A DNA stretch of 64,000 nt from the NCBI GenBank assembly GCA_051362555.1, contig CM120644.1, forward strand, positions 23,024,534 through 23,088,533. The letters run 5' to 3'. The translations under genes were made by a program, and so were the position numbers. Below are positions 1 to 11,585 of this stretch, piece by piece. The DNA comes from Lingula anatina. Its lineage: Eukaryota > Animalia > Brachiopoda. Numbering within the stretch: position 1 is the first letter of the stretch; the number at the start of each line of letters is the position of its first letter. The notes beneath the pieces were generated by a model. The model worked only from the letters and a program-made list of their open reading frames with translations, was not told where the DNA came from and did not search any database.

Positions 1-27
1 ATCACGCGTAAGCAAATCGAAGAGTTC

Positions 28-847
28 TTGGCAAGACAAGATACATATACGCTACACGCTAAAGTCAGAAAACGATTCCGTACCAACCGCGTTGTTGTTG
101 GTCGTACGGATCAGCAATGGCAAGCCGACTTAGCTGACCTCAGCAAATTATCGAAATACAATAAAGGAATGAAATTTTTGTTAACTGTGATTGACGTATT
201 TTCAAAGTACGCGTGGGCCGTGGCCATCGAATCAAAAACTGCTAATAGCGTGCTACAAGCTTTCAGTGGTATTTTAGCGGGAGGTCGAAAACCGACGATC
301 CTACAAACAGATGCTGGAACAGAATTTACAAATAGAAAATTCCAGGCATACTTGAAAGAACAAGGAATAACCTTTTTTACAACAAAGTCGGAACGAAAAA
401 GTTCGATCGTGGAACGTTTTAACAGAAGTTTGAAATCTCGAAGAGGCCTCGAAAGAAAAAAACTCAGACGCAGTATGGAAAAACCTTTACGGGGATATGA
501 ATTTTGAAAAAGCAAAGTTTAAATTCAAGGTGGGAGACACAGTAAGGTTGAGCAAACATAGGTCTCCCTTTGCGAAAGGCTACGAGCAGGAGTTGTTTAC
601 GATAAAGCAACGTTTAAACAGGTCACCGCCGGTGTACAAGGTGGAAGATTACGAAGTAGAAGAGATAGAGGGTGTCTTGTACGAGCCTGAAATGATTCGC
701 GTCGTGAAGAAAGACGATGTGTATAGAGTAGAAAAAATTATAAAATCCAGAGGCAAGGGTAAATCGAGGGAACATTTCGTTCAATGGCGAGGTTACCCGA
801 AAAAATTTAATAGTTGGGTCAAAGCATCAGACGTTAAAACGGTATAA
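28..847 (+). pseudogene. Polinton retroviral-like (rve) integrase with C-terminal chromodomain, disrupted
   Basis: DDE motifs WQADL, LQTDAGTEF and SIVERFNRSLK. At ~439 the expected following helices are missing and the frame shifts; the second frame continues ...VWKNLYG..FKVGDTVRLSK and ends in a chromodomain (YRVEKII..EHFVQWRGYPKKFNSWV). 5' end is outside the window. Confidence 0.88.
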
Positions 848-883
848 AGGATATGTCGTTGCACTTAAAGATCAGTTGGAGCG

Positions 884-1615
884 ATGGCCTCGTCCTTTCA
901 CGTTATCCTACCATCCAACAGCAGTTTTAAATATTTTCCGAACAACAGAGCCGAGTCATTCCAGACAAAATTGTCATCAACCTTGCATTTAGACGGCGAC
1001 TACGAAGTTGCATTAGTGGAACTACAATACCCAAAAACGTGGAAAAATGTAAAAGACAGTGCCGTGACGTATTACGATGGCTTGAAGACAAACACATTAA
1101 CTATCCCTGGTGGATATTATCGAACGGTCAATGACCTCATAACCACAATCCACGATGACCTATCAACTATTGGAAAAACAAACATCACATTAGGGTATAA
1201 TATTATATCGAGACGGGTCACAGTTCATTTACGTTCCGGTGCAAGTTTTGATTTTACCGGCGATGTAGGAAAAATGTTAGGTTGGGCAACGGACACTCAG
1301 ATAACTTCGGACGCGATAGCTCCTCACCCTCCCAACATGACGCTGGGTTTTAATTCGCTCTATGTATACGCAGATATCATACAAAACCAGTTGGTGGGGG
1401 ATGCGTCTGCAAATTTACTGAGGATCGTCGGCGTCGACAGTAAACATGAGGAAGTTGTTACAAAAACATTTGATTCACCTATTTACATTCCTTTGAGTCA
1501 ACATCACATTGATACCATTCGAATAGATATAAGTCGCGACACGGGTGAACTTGTGCATTTCGATAGTGGGAAGACGATCGCAACATTACATTTTCGACGA
1601 AAAAGCTTATTGTAA
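884..1615 (+). CDS. Polinton minor capsid (penton) protein
   Basis: Intact 243 aa ORF with family motifs FHVILPSNSS..FPNN, YEVALVELQYP, IPGGYY, SLYVYADII..QLVGD..ANLLRIV, YIPL, TLHFRR. TATAAA at 844 and TCAGT at ~872 lie upstream. Confidence 0.88.
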   Translation: MASSFHVILPSNSSFKYFPNNRAESFQTKLSSTLHLDGDYEVALVELQYPKTWKNVKDSAVTYYDGLKTNTLTIPGGYYRTVNDLITTIHDDLSTIGKTNITLGYNIISRRVTVHLRSGASFDFTGDVGKMLGWATDTQITSDAIAPHPPNMTLGFNSLYVYADIIQNQLVGDASANLLRIVGVDSKHEEVVTKTFDSPIYIPLSQHHIDTIRIDISRDTGELVHFDSGKTIATLHFRRKSLL

Positions 1616-1617
1616 TA

Positions 1618-1961
1618 ATGGATCCTGTTTATCAAGCATTAGTGAGAAGATACGAGACACAGGCAGGCGGGGGTTCTATACACAAGTTTCATGGTGCAAG
1701 GACTCAAAGAGGTGGTGGGCGACTACTTCAACCTCGACGCGCTGAAATGCTGGAATTAAAAAGACCAACCAGTCAGACCACAGCAAAAGAAAACCTAAAA
1801 AGAGGCGTGCACCAGACTTGTATGTGAATGGTGACGTCGTAAGAAAAACTTTAAACTCCATGACTATAAATAAGAACAGTGCACCTAAAAAAGTCAGAAG
1901 AACTAAAGTAACGAAGACAAAACGGTCACGTCCAGCCAAGACGCGAGATACAAATTTTTAG
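1618..1961 (+). pseudogene. Polinton PZ-like core protein remnant (frameshifted or internally deleted)
   Basis: N-terminus Y..QAGGG....F.G...QRGGG, as in proteins found between the two capsid genes. A highly basic tail (PKKVRRTKVTKTKRSRPAKTRDTNF*) follows in another frame and ends just before the capsid ATG. Confidence 0.6.
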
Positions 1962-1963
1962 TC

Positions 1964-2128
1964 ATGAACAACCCAATCGTTAAAACAGAACTTGATCTAT
2001 TTTCTAATATACGAGAAGCTTATCAAACGGATATTATATCTACCGCCGATGAAGAGGTCCGCCCGACGTCTGCTGTTTCAGACGCAAGCAACGTTGTCGA
2101 ATTCGTAATAAAAGGCACACCTGACGAA
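1964..2128 (+). pseudogene. Polinton major capsid protein, first ~55 codons only
   Basis: KTELDLFS....QTDI......RP.......VEFVIKG matches the Polinton MCP N-terminus; the frame then runs into the tandem array. Confidence 0.75.
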
Positions 2129-2755
2129 TCCGGACAAGTAAATACAGTTCTCTCCAGGGGGGTAATTTCTCACTCAGCTGTGTTTACCATTCTTTTCACA
2201 ACGTAAACTCAAAATTGGACAAGTAAATACAGTTCTCTCCAGGGGGTAATTTCTCACTCAGCTGTGTTTACCATTCTTTTCACAACGTAAACTCAAAATT
2301 GGACAAGTACATAAAGGTCTCTTCAGGGTGACAATTTCTTGCTCAGTTATGTTTGCTTTACTTTTCACAACGTAAACTCAAAACCGGACAAGTAAATACA
2401 GTTCTCTCCAGGGGGGTAATTTCTCACTCAGCTGTGTTTACCATTCTTTTCACAACGTAAACTCAAAATTGGACAAGTAAATACAGTTCTCTCCAGGGGG
2501 TAATTTCTCACTCAGCTGTGTTTACCATTCTTTTCACAACGTAAACTCAAAATTGGACAAGTACATAAAGGTCTCTTCAGGGTGACAATTTCTTGCTCAG
2601 TTATGTTTGCTTTACTTTTCACAACGTAAACTCAAAACCGGACAAGTAAATACAGTTCTCTCCAGGGGGGTAATTTCTCACTCAGCTGTGTTTACCATTC
2701 TTTTCACAACGTAAACTCAAAATCGGACAAGTAAATACAGTTCTCTCTCCAGGAG
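2129..2755. repeat. Tandem array, 84-85 bp unit, ~7.4 copies, 254 bp higher-order period
   Basis: Units start GGACAAGTA at about 2132, 2217, 2301, 2386, 2471, 2555, 2640 and 2725. Every third unit (2301, 2555) is the same variant (GTACATAAAGGTCTCTTCAGGGTGAC). Confidence 0.95.
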
Positions 2756-2868
2756 GTTATTTTACAATCGGCGTCTTGGAAAAACGCCAGAGCTGCCTTC
2801 TATATAAGTTGCCCGCCTTTACAACGTGTATCACTCCACATCTTCATCCAACTTTGAAGCTCAGAGAG

Positions 2869-3645
2869 ATGGCTACATTCTTTAACTTCGGAAATTCGTT
2901 CTGCGCGACGGTGTGCTTCAACCTCAAGTTTGAAATGCTGATAGTTTTAACCGATAAAACGAACAAGCAGAAAGTCAGATTCAACCCAGGTGCGTGGGCA
3001 GAGTTGAAGTCCAACGCCTCAGAAATTAACCGTGCGATGACGAGTGGGGAAGCGTTGAACCTTCTCATTCAAAACGACTATAAAATATCGGTGAGTGGTT
3101 CAAGCTGCAAACTCAGTTACCAATCAAAATTTTCTTCCGCATGCTTTGAACTCACCGTCAACGACTGGATGCCGCTTTTCGCCATGATGAATGACATCGA
3201 TGCAGAGGTTCAAAAGAAAATGACAAAGGAACCAACCTCACTCAACACCAACACCAACGCCAGCCTGACGGCCGTCCGTCACTTATATGTGTACTTTATG
3301 AAAAGAAAAATTCGACACCTGGCCGTTGAGGAGTGCGAGGGCTGCGCCATAGGTCACGGCAGCCAAAAGCAACACGCTTGCATGGAACCGATCTTCGCGG
3401 TGTCCGCCTTTCGCTTCTTCGACCAAGCGTTGGAGCTCGTCACCGCAGGCCACATCCTCAAAGCCTACGACCACTACCAGGCCCAATTGAAAAAAGAAAA
3501 CGATCCGTACGTCATGGCCGTCATCTTACGTGTTGGAGAAGATAAAGAGAGGCTTCTCGGAGAGATCACGGAAGACGAGGCATGGACCACTCAAGCTGAG
3601 GAATCGAGACTCCAATCAACGTACGACGTAGTTTACAGTGACTAA
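2869..3645 (+). CDS. Polinton accessory protein: two PC4-like repeats plus a CxGC-H-SQ-H-C motif
   Basis: Intact intronless ORF. The likely start is the ATG at 2869, downstream of TATATAAG at 2801 (the ORF track starts at a TTG). Two segments VRFNPGAWAELK..ASEI and FELTVNDWMPLF..MNDI; CEGCAIGHGSQKQHAC. Confidence 0.65.
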   Translation: MATFFNFGNSFCATVCFNLKFEMLIVLTDKTNKQKVRFNPGAWAELKSNASEINRAMTSGEALNLLIQNDYKISVSGSSCKLSYQSKFSSACFELTVNDWMPLFAMMNDIDAEVQKKMTKEPTSLNTNTNASLTAVRHLYVYFMKRKIRHLAVEECEGCAIGHGSQKQHACMEPIFAVSAFRFFDQALELVTAGHILKAYDHYQAQLKKENDPYVMAVILRVGEDKERLLGEITEDEAWTTQAEESRLQSTYDVVYSD

Positions 3646-4021
3646 AACATGAAATAATAGACATTCGGCTACTGTGTGCGTTTTTTTTTTTTTTTTAGAT
3701 TAAATGCCGCAAATAATCAATTAGAAATTCTATTGATTTGAAATTTTATTTAATAGTTAATCCAAGGCGCCTCGTATCTCGGCGTGAGTTATTAATGGTA
3801 AAAAAAAGAAGATGAACTATGGACATGGATTCAAATCTAGATTAATAAAGTTTTATTTTTTCACCGAGAAAACCAATTTGTTAATACTGACGTTGACGTT
3901 TGCTGTAATTATTTATAATAAACTCAGTCCAGAGTTTTTGTGTTGTCTCATGCATTTATATAAACACATTGACTTGTGAAAAAATCATCTGCGACCGTGG
4001 CAGAGGGTATCAGTTCATATG

Positions 4022-4023
<2 letters not shown>

Positions 4024-4052
<29 letters not shown>

Positions 4053-4090
4053 GTGCTCTGTGTTCCCCTGCAGCGGTCATTTTGGTTATT

Positions 4091-4132
<42 letters not shown>

Positions 4133-4165
4133 CTGTGTTCCCCTGCAGTGGTCAGTTTGGTAATT
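4024..4165. repeat. Duplicated (CT)n + GTGCTCTGTGTTCCCCTGCAG unit
   Basis: Two consecutive copies, each a CT microsatellite followed by the same ~40 bp sequence. Confidence 0.85.
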
Positions 4166-5064
4166 GCTCCCGCCAACGTACAATACACAACGTACAGGTT
4201 TGAGGATGAAAATCTTCAGCTAAAAAATAAATAGATAAATAATCTCAAAAATAATTTTAGAAAAATCAACAAACATTAAGTTCAACGATATATGTATACT
4301 CACTTGACATGTTTTATTTGTCTGCTGGGATGAGTTTTATAGACCTCGTTGAAGAAATCACGCGAATATTGTTTAAATTAAATCAAGTTTAATTACGTTA
4401 AAACATGAATACATAGGTAACACTTACCGGTTAATCCAAAATAATTGGATTTCGCTCCGACCCATACGGAACTTCTAATTCCGCCATCAGTAGGAGGAGC
4501 ATTATCTCCTCCGTGCTTATTGTAAAAAAAAACATTCTTCCGTCCTCAGTTACGATATTAATGTAAAACAACATTTTAAGTTCTACCTTGGCGAACGTGT
4601 GCCTGCTTTGAACTGATATATAGATCTTGTGTACCAGTTATAATCCCAGTAGGACGCAATAAACAACGCTGTTCCATGGCAACGACGCACTCTAACTGTT
4701 TATGCTGCAATTTTAAATACACATTTTTATTTGCGTTCTTTTGTGTCGAGCGCAGTACCGCAACGGAAAGGGGGGCTGAATGTTACATAATTCTTAGCAT
4801 AGGTCAGTTGGTGTATCACGTGCCAAGGTCAAGATGGCCGCCTCCTGGATAAAATGGTGTCAACAGGTGTCACTTGTGTCAAGATAAGACGCACCCTACA
4901 TTAAATAACATTCAAGTAAGTGGTCTTGATCAAAGATAAAAATAAATTGATTAAAAAGACTGTTCTGCTTTTGTTGTTGCATTCGATTGATTTTAAAACA
5001 ATAATTAATTCATAAAACAATCCTCTTGCATCCAAAGGCCATTCTAATTAATCTAAAAACAATG

Positions 5065-5685
5065 GAATTACGTGATGTTGCGATGCCAGTTAATTTTTTA
5101 ATGCAATATGTAGTTTCGTTGATGTTTGAAACGGTACGTAACCCACTAATTGATCATAAAACAATAGGCTTAGGTGTTGTTATGTCACAGTTAGTCTTAC
5201 GTGTTGTTATGTCACAATTGCATAACAGGTTCCCGGTGGTAATGAACAAAATGATTACGTGATGTTACGTCATACTTACGTAACAGGTCCCCAGGGGTCC
5301 CCATTTGAAATGGACAGATTGATTACGTGTTGTTACGTCATAATTACATAACAGGTCCAAAACAGCTCCTAAACATAGCAAAAACTGTACATTGGACCCA
5401 GTCGGTGGCTAAAAATAGCAGCTTACTAAGACTCAAAAATTGCAGTAATTCGTAAACATTGCTTTGGGTTTTCAAGTTTTTATAATCGTCATTAAAATTT
5501 GCTTACAAAGGTCCGAGATGAAATTATAATATCAACAAGTTTTACATAATAAAATGGTCGTCATTAAAATTCCAATCAGAGTAAATAGTTAAAAAACAGC
5601 TCCTGTGTACAGCTCTTGCTACGTTTAGCAAGAATTGTACATCGGACCCAGTCAGTGGCTAAAAATAGCAGCTTACTAAGACTGC
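5065..5685. repeat. Subterminal repeats of the Polinton end
   Basis: Multiple TTACGTG(A/T)TGTTA(C/T)GTCA motifs at 5068-5345. A ~47 bp direct repeat (TGTACAT.GGACCCAGTC.GTGGCTAAAAATAGCAGCTTACTAAGACT) at ~5387 and ~5636. Confidence 0.8.
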
Positions 5686-6650
5686 GCCTCAAAATGTTCA
5701 AGGTTCATCCAAAAAAATTACATTAAAAAGTATATAACGCCTCTCAATTTGCAGGTCGAAAACCACATTCCTAACTACTAATAACCTTTCGTTTAATATG
5801 TATAAGACCCACAGCGTCGATTCGTCAGGTCTTCTCAAATGATTAACTAATTACTAATGATTAACCAATTATATAGTTATTACTAGTATGTCGCTGGCTC
5901 TGAAGAACAATTTGATCAAGGTTCCTGGTAACTATAGACAAATTGACGGATAAGGGCTGAAAGAATTGAAGTTAAAGTTTTGCCACGAGAGCCGTCCAAA
6001 GGCCATCATGCATATATAGTTCAAATAATATCCCTTATAGAAAAAACAGAAAAAAAATTCATAACATCGGAAAACTGATGTTTGAATGATTTTCTCTGCT
6101 TGCTTTCTGTGCTCCATATAAACGGGCCAGATTAGTATGTCAGGTAATTAGGTCAAATCACCGACCAAAATTTTAAAGAAAGTAGCAGTTTAAATATATT
6201 TTAAGGTGAATCAAGTGATTTATCTAGTTTATCCCTTGGCATGTTGGATTTGTTTGAAGTCAGTTCAAATGTACATTTAATGTTTATTTAAATTCCCATG
6301 TCGAATAGATTTGAACAGTTAATTCATACATGTACATATAAACATTCCCTTGAACACACGAAAGTACCCACACATATACCTTAAAGTACCTGGGATGATA
6401 TAATTGGGGAATAAGATGTTTTAGTTTTTTATTCGTAGTCATTTGATTCGGCGTTTTGTGTAGCCCCGGACTTGTGGGATCATTAAAAGACGAAAAGTAC
6501 AATACTTTCTTCTGGATCAAATTGAAAATATCTATGAAAATATCGTATGAATAAGCAACTTCAAAAATCCCCCTACTTTATTTCAGACCATTCCGAATAT
6601 TGGTATCCATTTATGTGATAATTTCGACCCTCATTGGGTTTTATATTTAG

Positions 6651-7195
6651 TTAATTTCCTGGAGATCCAAACAACAGGGCTGTTTTGCTGTCTTTCATCT
6701 CGAAATAATAATCGTTACAGCTAAATAAGAACTCTTCCAAACTAATATTGTTTTTGTGGTGTCGGTCAATGGTATTGAACAGTTCTTCAGGAGGCAAGAT
6801 GTTGCGTGTTATATTTAGAAAGTTGGAATATTCGTCAGCAGACATTTCTTCATCGCAGTCTACATCTAAAACATGGAACCAGTCCGAACACCAGTGTAAC
6901 TGATGCTCATTCACTGATGCATTTAAGAGGTCCATTTCAAATAACTTAAGCCACCTATTGAGGTTAATTGCTTGTTTTGTGTTGGCCGTTTTTGGCAATG
7001 AAACCTGCCAATCTTTTGCCATTAGTCCGTATACAGCCTTGGCCCTCCATGGGGAGAGAACCTGTTGAGCTCGTTTTGCCACTTCATCCACGTAATCCTC
7101 TTTGTAGACTAAACCGTCATTGTTGTTGTCCATAATTCTAAACCACAAGGTTAATTTCTGAATCCAAAGATCAGATATTTGCACGTCTTGAGCAC
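6651..7195 (-). CDS. Sarcoplasmic calcium-binding protein (SCP)/aequorin-fold EF-hand protein, last exon
   Basis: SDLWIQKL..WF..MDNNNDG resembles the annelid SCP N-terminus; EF-hand loops DNNNDGLVYKED, DVDCDEEMSADE, DRHHKNNISLEE; C-terminal LLFG. Acceptor cacAG at 7196-7200 (phase 1). A probable 22-nt upstream exon 7458-7437 has a GTGAGT donor. Start exon not found. Confidence 0.8.
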
Positions 7196-9275
7196 CTGTG
7201 AATTAATTGGAAATTGATGGAAAATTGCTCGTCGATGAATTAACAGTTTCTAAAGGATGTTAGCAATGCATCTAATTGAATCCTGTTTTGAAATAGTTGC
7301 TATGGCAATATTATATTTTCTCAAAGGACATGTTCCCTAAAATAGAATTCATTAACGTTATAAGTATAATATTTTCCGTGATTAAGTACATGTAATTGAT
7401 TTATCGTGCATAATGTAAAGCATGTTGAAAACTCACCTCCACCACATCCCGTCCGTAACTGTATCCATTAAAAGCGGTGAGTAAAACAGTGCCAGTTAAC
7501 AGATTGAGCACAAACATGGTTAGCTGTTCGAAAATAAAACGAACAAATTAAACAGCCTTTGGATAAGTTAATAATCAACGAATCGCTACAGCGTGCATGA
7601 TCCCCTAATAACTTGTGAATAATGGATTGTAGCAAATAAATATTCCCTGATAAGAGAGTGAGATTAATCAAAATCGATAAAAAATATCATTATCCGTTTC
7701 ACATAATTGAGTAAATGACGTTTTCTGTTTTCTAACATTTATTGGGCAAAGCTTTGCTTTATTGTTCATTGATAATTGCATAACTTGTTACGCATAACTT
7801 GTTAACAAGCGATGAAAAAAGTGCCAAGCAGATCTAAATGTCAACATTTTCGAGTTACACTGAGATATTAAGGTAATTTTAATTACTTAAAAGTGTAGGT
7901 AAGCACAGATAATGAAGATTGTTCAGAAGTTTTACTTTCATCACTAATAATTAATATATCAGTTTCATTGCCATAAGTTCTGACTTCAGATATTTTGTGA
8001 TGTCCACTATGACGCAAGGAGGCCTGTCTTAAATATTTTTGTTATTTTTAGAAGGCTTTGACTTTAAAGCTAAGTAACGACTTTAGAGCAAAATGTCTAT
8101 ATGGAGCTCTTCGTAACTCTACCTGAAGTCTCTTTCTTAAAGCGGTGGCTCGATTCTCTGCTTCCCTTTGTTATCAATGTCTAATACTTGCAGCCTCTTA
8201 TTCTCGAAAACAACGTCTGGTGTCATACGTGTAAGTCACGCTTATTTAGATAGTTTACTTGAGCTACGATGTAATGGAGGTGACCTTCATCTCAGACAAA
8301 TTGCAGAATCATAAATTGAAATGTAAAAAAATATATATTTATATAGTGCCATTGAAATGTATGCACGCGCCTTTGTCTGTATACCATGAAGTCTGATCTG
8401 GAATATGGGGGCTTCAGTTGATTTCCCTTTGTGCGAAAGCAACCGCAAATGATTTAATGTTAACGATGTGTCTAGTATCAAAAGCATGTGGGTAGGTTTT
8501 TCTCTCTGCACGGTTACCACACATACGTACGTTTTACGCATGTTAAAAAAATGGCACCCTGGGCCAAAAGGGAGAAGTTGTCGCTAATCACTTTATTTGT
8601 GACGATCTGAATACAAATTTCTAAATTTATCAAGAGTGACGCTCCCCATAAAGAACTGCACCTAGAATAAGGGTAAAAAATTCATACTATAATTACCTCG
8701 TGAAAAATGTGCACGTAGGTATATTGTATTTATGTGGTTTCTGTGGCTTGGTCCGTTGCTTGTCACCACAAATTCCATAGAAGCTTACCCGGTTTGCAAT
8801 TAAAAGAAATACCCTTATGTCATTTATTCAGAGTATGTCGCCAAACTGGGAATTTGTCGCTGAAACATTATGGCTTAATATAAATAAGAGCAGTCTAGGA
8901 ACAAGTGTGGATGTAATCATTAACATAGGGCGTCTAGCACGTTTTAAGAAAACTTGGTTGTTGTGTACGTAGTCCATGTATCGACTGGTCACTATATCTA
9001 TACCCTTGAAGTGTCCAAGGAACACATGCTCATATTTAAGACTGAATGCGAGAAGTGACATCACCTCCGACAATATATGTTCATCATAGAAAGAGAAAGA
9101 CTGGGGGAGGGGAGAGGGTGTTAACTGTTTCATCTGTGTGTCAACGAATGGCCGGGGCATGCAATGTTATATACATGTATCGCTTTCAAAAGACCAAATA
9201 CTTGTCGTCACGTAGCAAAAGATGTTAATACGTTATTTGGATAAGTAATGATTAGTACCTGTATGTTGATGAACG

Positions 9276-9690
9276 AATGTCCACTTTTTTCTGAAATTGT
9301 TGTAGCAGTGGGAGAGTTGTAATGTGTGTGTGTGTATGTGTGTGTGTGTATGTGTGTATGTGTGTGTGTGTGATTGAGGGGGGGGGGGGTAGCCGGGTAG
9401 TACACGTCATGTGTGCTAGGCACGTATGCAGTGTTTCTGAAACTGCAGGCTACAAGCCTGTGTTAGAAGGCAACTATTTCCCCTGATTACTGATGTTTCA
9501 TATCACACACGATCTTGATGACAAAGTCTGCTCCAAAACCACCCCGTTTCATGGGACTTGGCAAAATATCATTGCTTCACGAGAATAAAATATCATTGAG
9601 AATGTCTGTTCTTAAAATGCCACACGCCGTCCTAGTATTTTACCGCGCTAATCAGGGACACTGGTTATAAATGGCGCCTTGTTTATAATA
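9276..9690 (+). repeat. Dispersed repeat, copy 1 (copy 2 at 19692-20067)
   Basis: Collinear shared blocks such as GGCTACAAGCCTGTGTTAGAAGG, CGATCTTGATGACAAAGTC and CACACGCCGTCCTAGT. Confidence 0.85.
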
Positions 9691-10301
9691 GACTCGCGGA
9701 GCAAGGTTATTTTCAGTTGCACCCTGGATTATACATGTACACGCTGGCTCCGCAAGGTGTCACCTGTGGAGGTGGGGATATTATACATTCTCAATAGTAT
9801 AAACCAGTTTAAAAGTAATACAAGATACACGTTAAATGTATACTAATTGTCCACTTACGGGATTTAGCCACCTCTTTCCTCTTTCCTCTTGGTGCAAACA
9901 TACTATCGAGACATAATGTTTCAAACACATCAAAACGCACCTCTCTGATTTATCTTAGACTAAAATTTTATTTGTAATTGAATCATTTATTTATTTTTTT
10001 TTTTACAAATGACTAGTTTTGATCCGACTTCTCTAACGCTATGGGTACAAGGCATGGGCCGGAAAACATTAGCTCTTCCAAGGCTGTACTTTATTTGATC
10101 AATTGCGGGTAAATATTTATCCATTAAAATTGTTCTACTAAATCTCCAGTGAACATTGGCATTTAAGATTTTTGTCATCGTCTTTTTGTGAAACATTGAG
10201 AATGAACGCACAGGACGGAGTCTAAAGTGGAGCTGTGTTAAAATTTCCCCGGCTAACAAGCTTACGTGATCTCTATGAAGACTGCGTTCCCGTAGGGGGT
10301 G

Positions 10302-10555
10302 TTCCCATAAATCCAACATACTGCATGTAGCTGGATCGATCTAACTCTGCAGGGATTCTTGTAAAATTGCATTTAGTGTAAGCAACTTCAATTTTGGTAT
10401 GCCCTTTGTGTAACGAGGGGGTAACTCACTATCGTTGATTACCCCTCACAGCTTGGGCAGATGTGCTTGACATTTTAACCACTTACACTGAATGCAATTC
10501 AGCGAGAATCCCCGCAGATTTAGATCGATCCAGGTAGTACAATGGGTTTATGGAA
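10302..10555. mobile_element. Palindromic MITE-like element
   Basis: Imperfect arms of ~80 bp: CTGGATCGATCTAA..CTGC.GGGATTCT..AATTGCATT.AGTGTAAG and its reverse complement. No TSD resolved. Confidence 0.7.
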
Positions 10556-11061
10556 ATGCTCCCAAAGACGCTTGTTTTGCACTTGATCATTTGTACTAAT
10601 GGATAAAAACTAGCTTGACTTGTAGCAGACCGCGGTAGCATGCTTATTTTTGTACACCTATGTTAGTTAATGTTAACGGTCATGCGTTCTTAATTTCTTC
10701 AGATGGCGCGAATAAAGTGAAAATTATTTGATAACAACAATCATTAATAAATAAATATAGTGTATTTATCATGAAAAGAACAGAAATACCAATAACGTGT
10801 GTGGAACTAAACCAAGTCTACTGTGTATTAACCTTGTTCCAGGAACTGTCGCGAAAGTCTGACAAATTACTGTCATTCTAAGAACTTGTAAATCAATAAA
10901 ATGGTCAGATTTAGCAATACAACACATTGATAAATCGATTTATATATATAAAAAAGAAAATGCAATATTATTTACACCCATAACTGTAAATTGGTATACT
11001 GCACATTTACATCTCAACATCTCAAACTATGGAGCTGGAATTACGTTGGATATATATATAT

Positions 11062-11395
11062 TACACCCTAGCCAGTGTTCTTTAAAAAAACATGCAAAGT
11101 GACATAACATATCTGTAAAAATACATTGAAAAAATATTAAGGGACATATTTTAAGTTGAAGTTATTTATAAACGTATCTTAAAATTTGTTCACAGAAATA
11201 GTAATCGTAACTGATGACTCTGAAATTTATAACACCCTAGCTAGTGTTCTTTTAAAAAACATGCAAAGTGACGTAATATGTCTGTAAAAAATATAATGAT
11301 AAAATATTAAGGGATATATTTTAATTAAAAATAAATCATATACATATCATAAAACATGTTCACAGTAATAGTCATCTTCACTGATGTCTTTAAAA
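11062..11395. repeat. Tandem duplication of ~170 bp downstream of the CYP stop
   Basis: ACACCCTAGC.AGTGTTCTTT..AAAAACATGCAAAGTGAC at ~11063 and ~11232, collinear thereafter. Confidence 0.85.
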
Positions 11396-11585
11396 TATAA
11401 TGCTGTTCTTTGTCAACTAAATTAGACATCCATCCGCACAATCGAACGTTTTAAATGGAACACATTCCTCAACTTTTTCTACTTAATAAGCATGTAAGCA
11501 AATTATGCTGACAGGTATTAGTCATACAACATTGTCAATCATGACAATGCCGATGTAATTTTGCGAATACGTTCAATAAATGTGT

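Larger units (their letters stand above)
1..5884 (+). mobile_element. Decayed Polinton/Maverick (adintovirus-like) element, one end only; the rest lies left of the window
   Basis: Intronless, tightly packed gene order integrase-chromodomain, minor capsid, PZ-like, major capsid stub, PC4-like ORF, followed by a repeat-rich non-coding terminal region. The end is uncertain: ACTACT at 5774-5779 or ...TAGTTATTACT at 5884 (Polinton termini start 5'-AG). Confidence 0.8.

Noticed and set aside
111-515. Antisense ORFs over real exons (also 31031-31297, 45618-45854, 59547-59930)
   Set aside because: Shadow frames of coding sequence with no independent motifs.
2129-2755. Regularly spaced repeats suggesting a CRISPR array
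   Set aside because: Whole units repeat with no unique spacers, there are no cas genes, and the context is eukaryotic.
3969-4234. Short ORFs rich in SL/LS, and similar YIYI, ERER, III and KKK ORFs elsewhere
   Set aside because: Translations of microsatellites and homopolymer runs.
6651-7184. Calling the EF-hand gene a photoprotein or luciferin-binding protein
   Set aside because: Only the fold is shared; the N-terminus is closest to SCP and catalytic residues cannot be verified by eye.
7437-7468. ATG at 7468 (minus) as the start of the EF-hand gene
   Set aside because: It gives a phase-2 donor, but the acceptor at 7195 needs phase 1; the true start remains unlocated.
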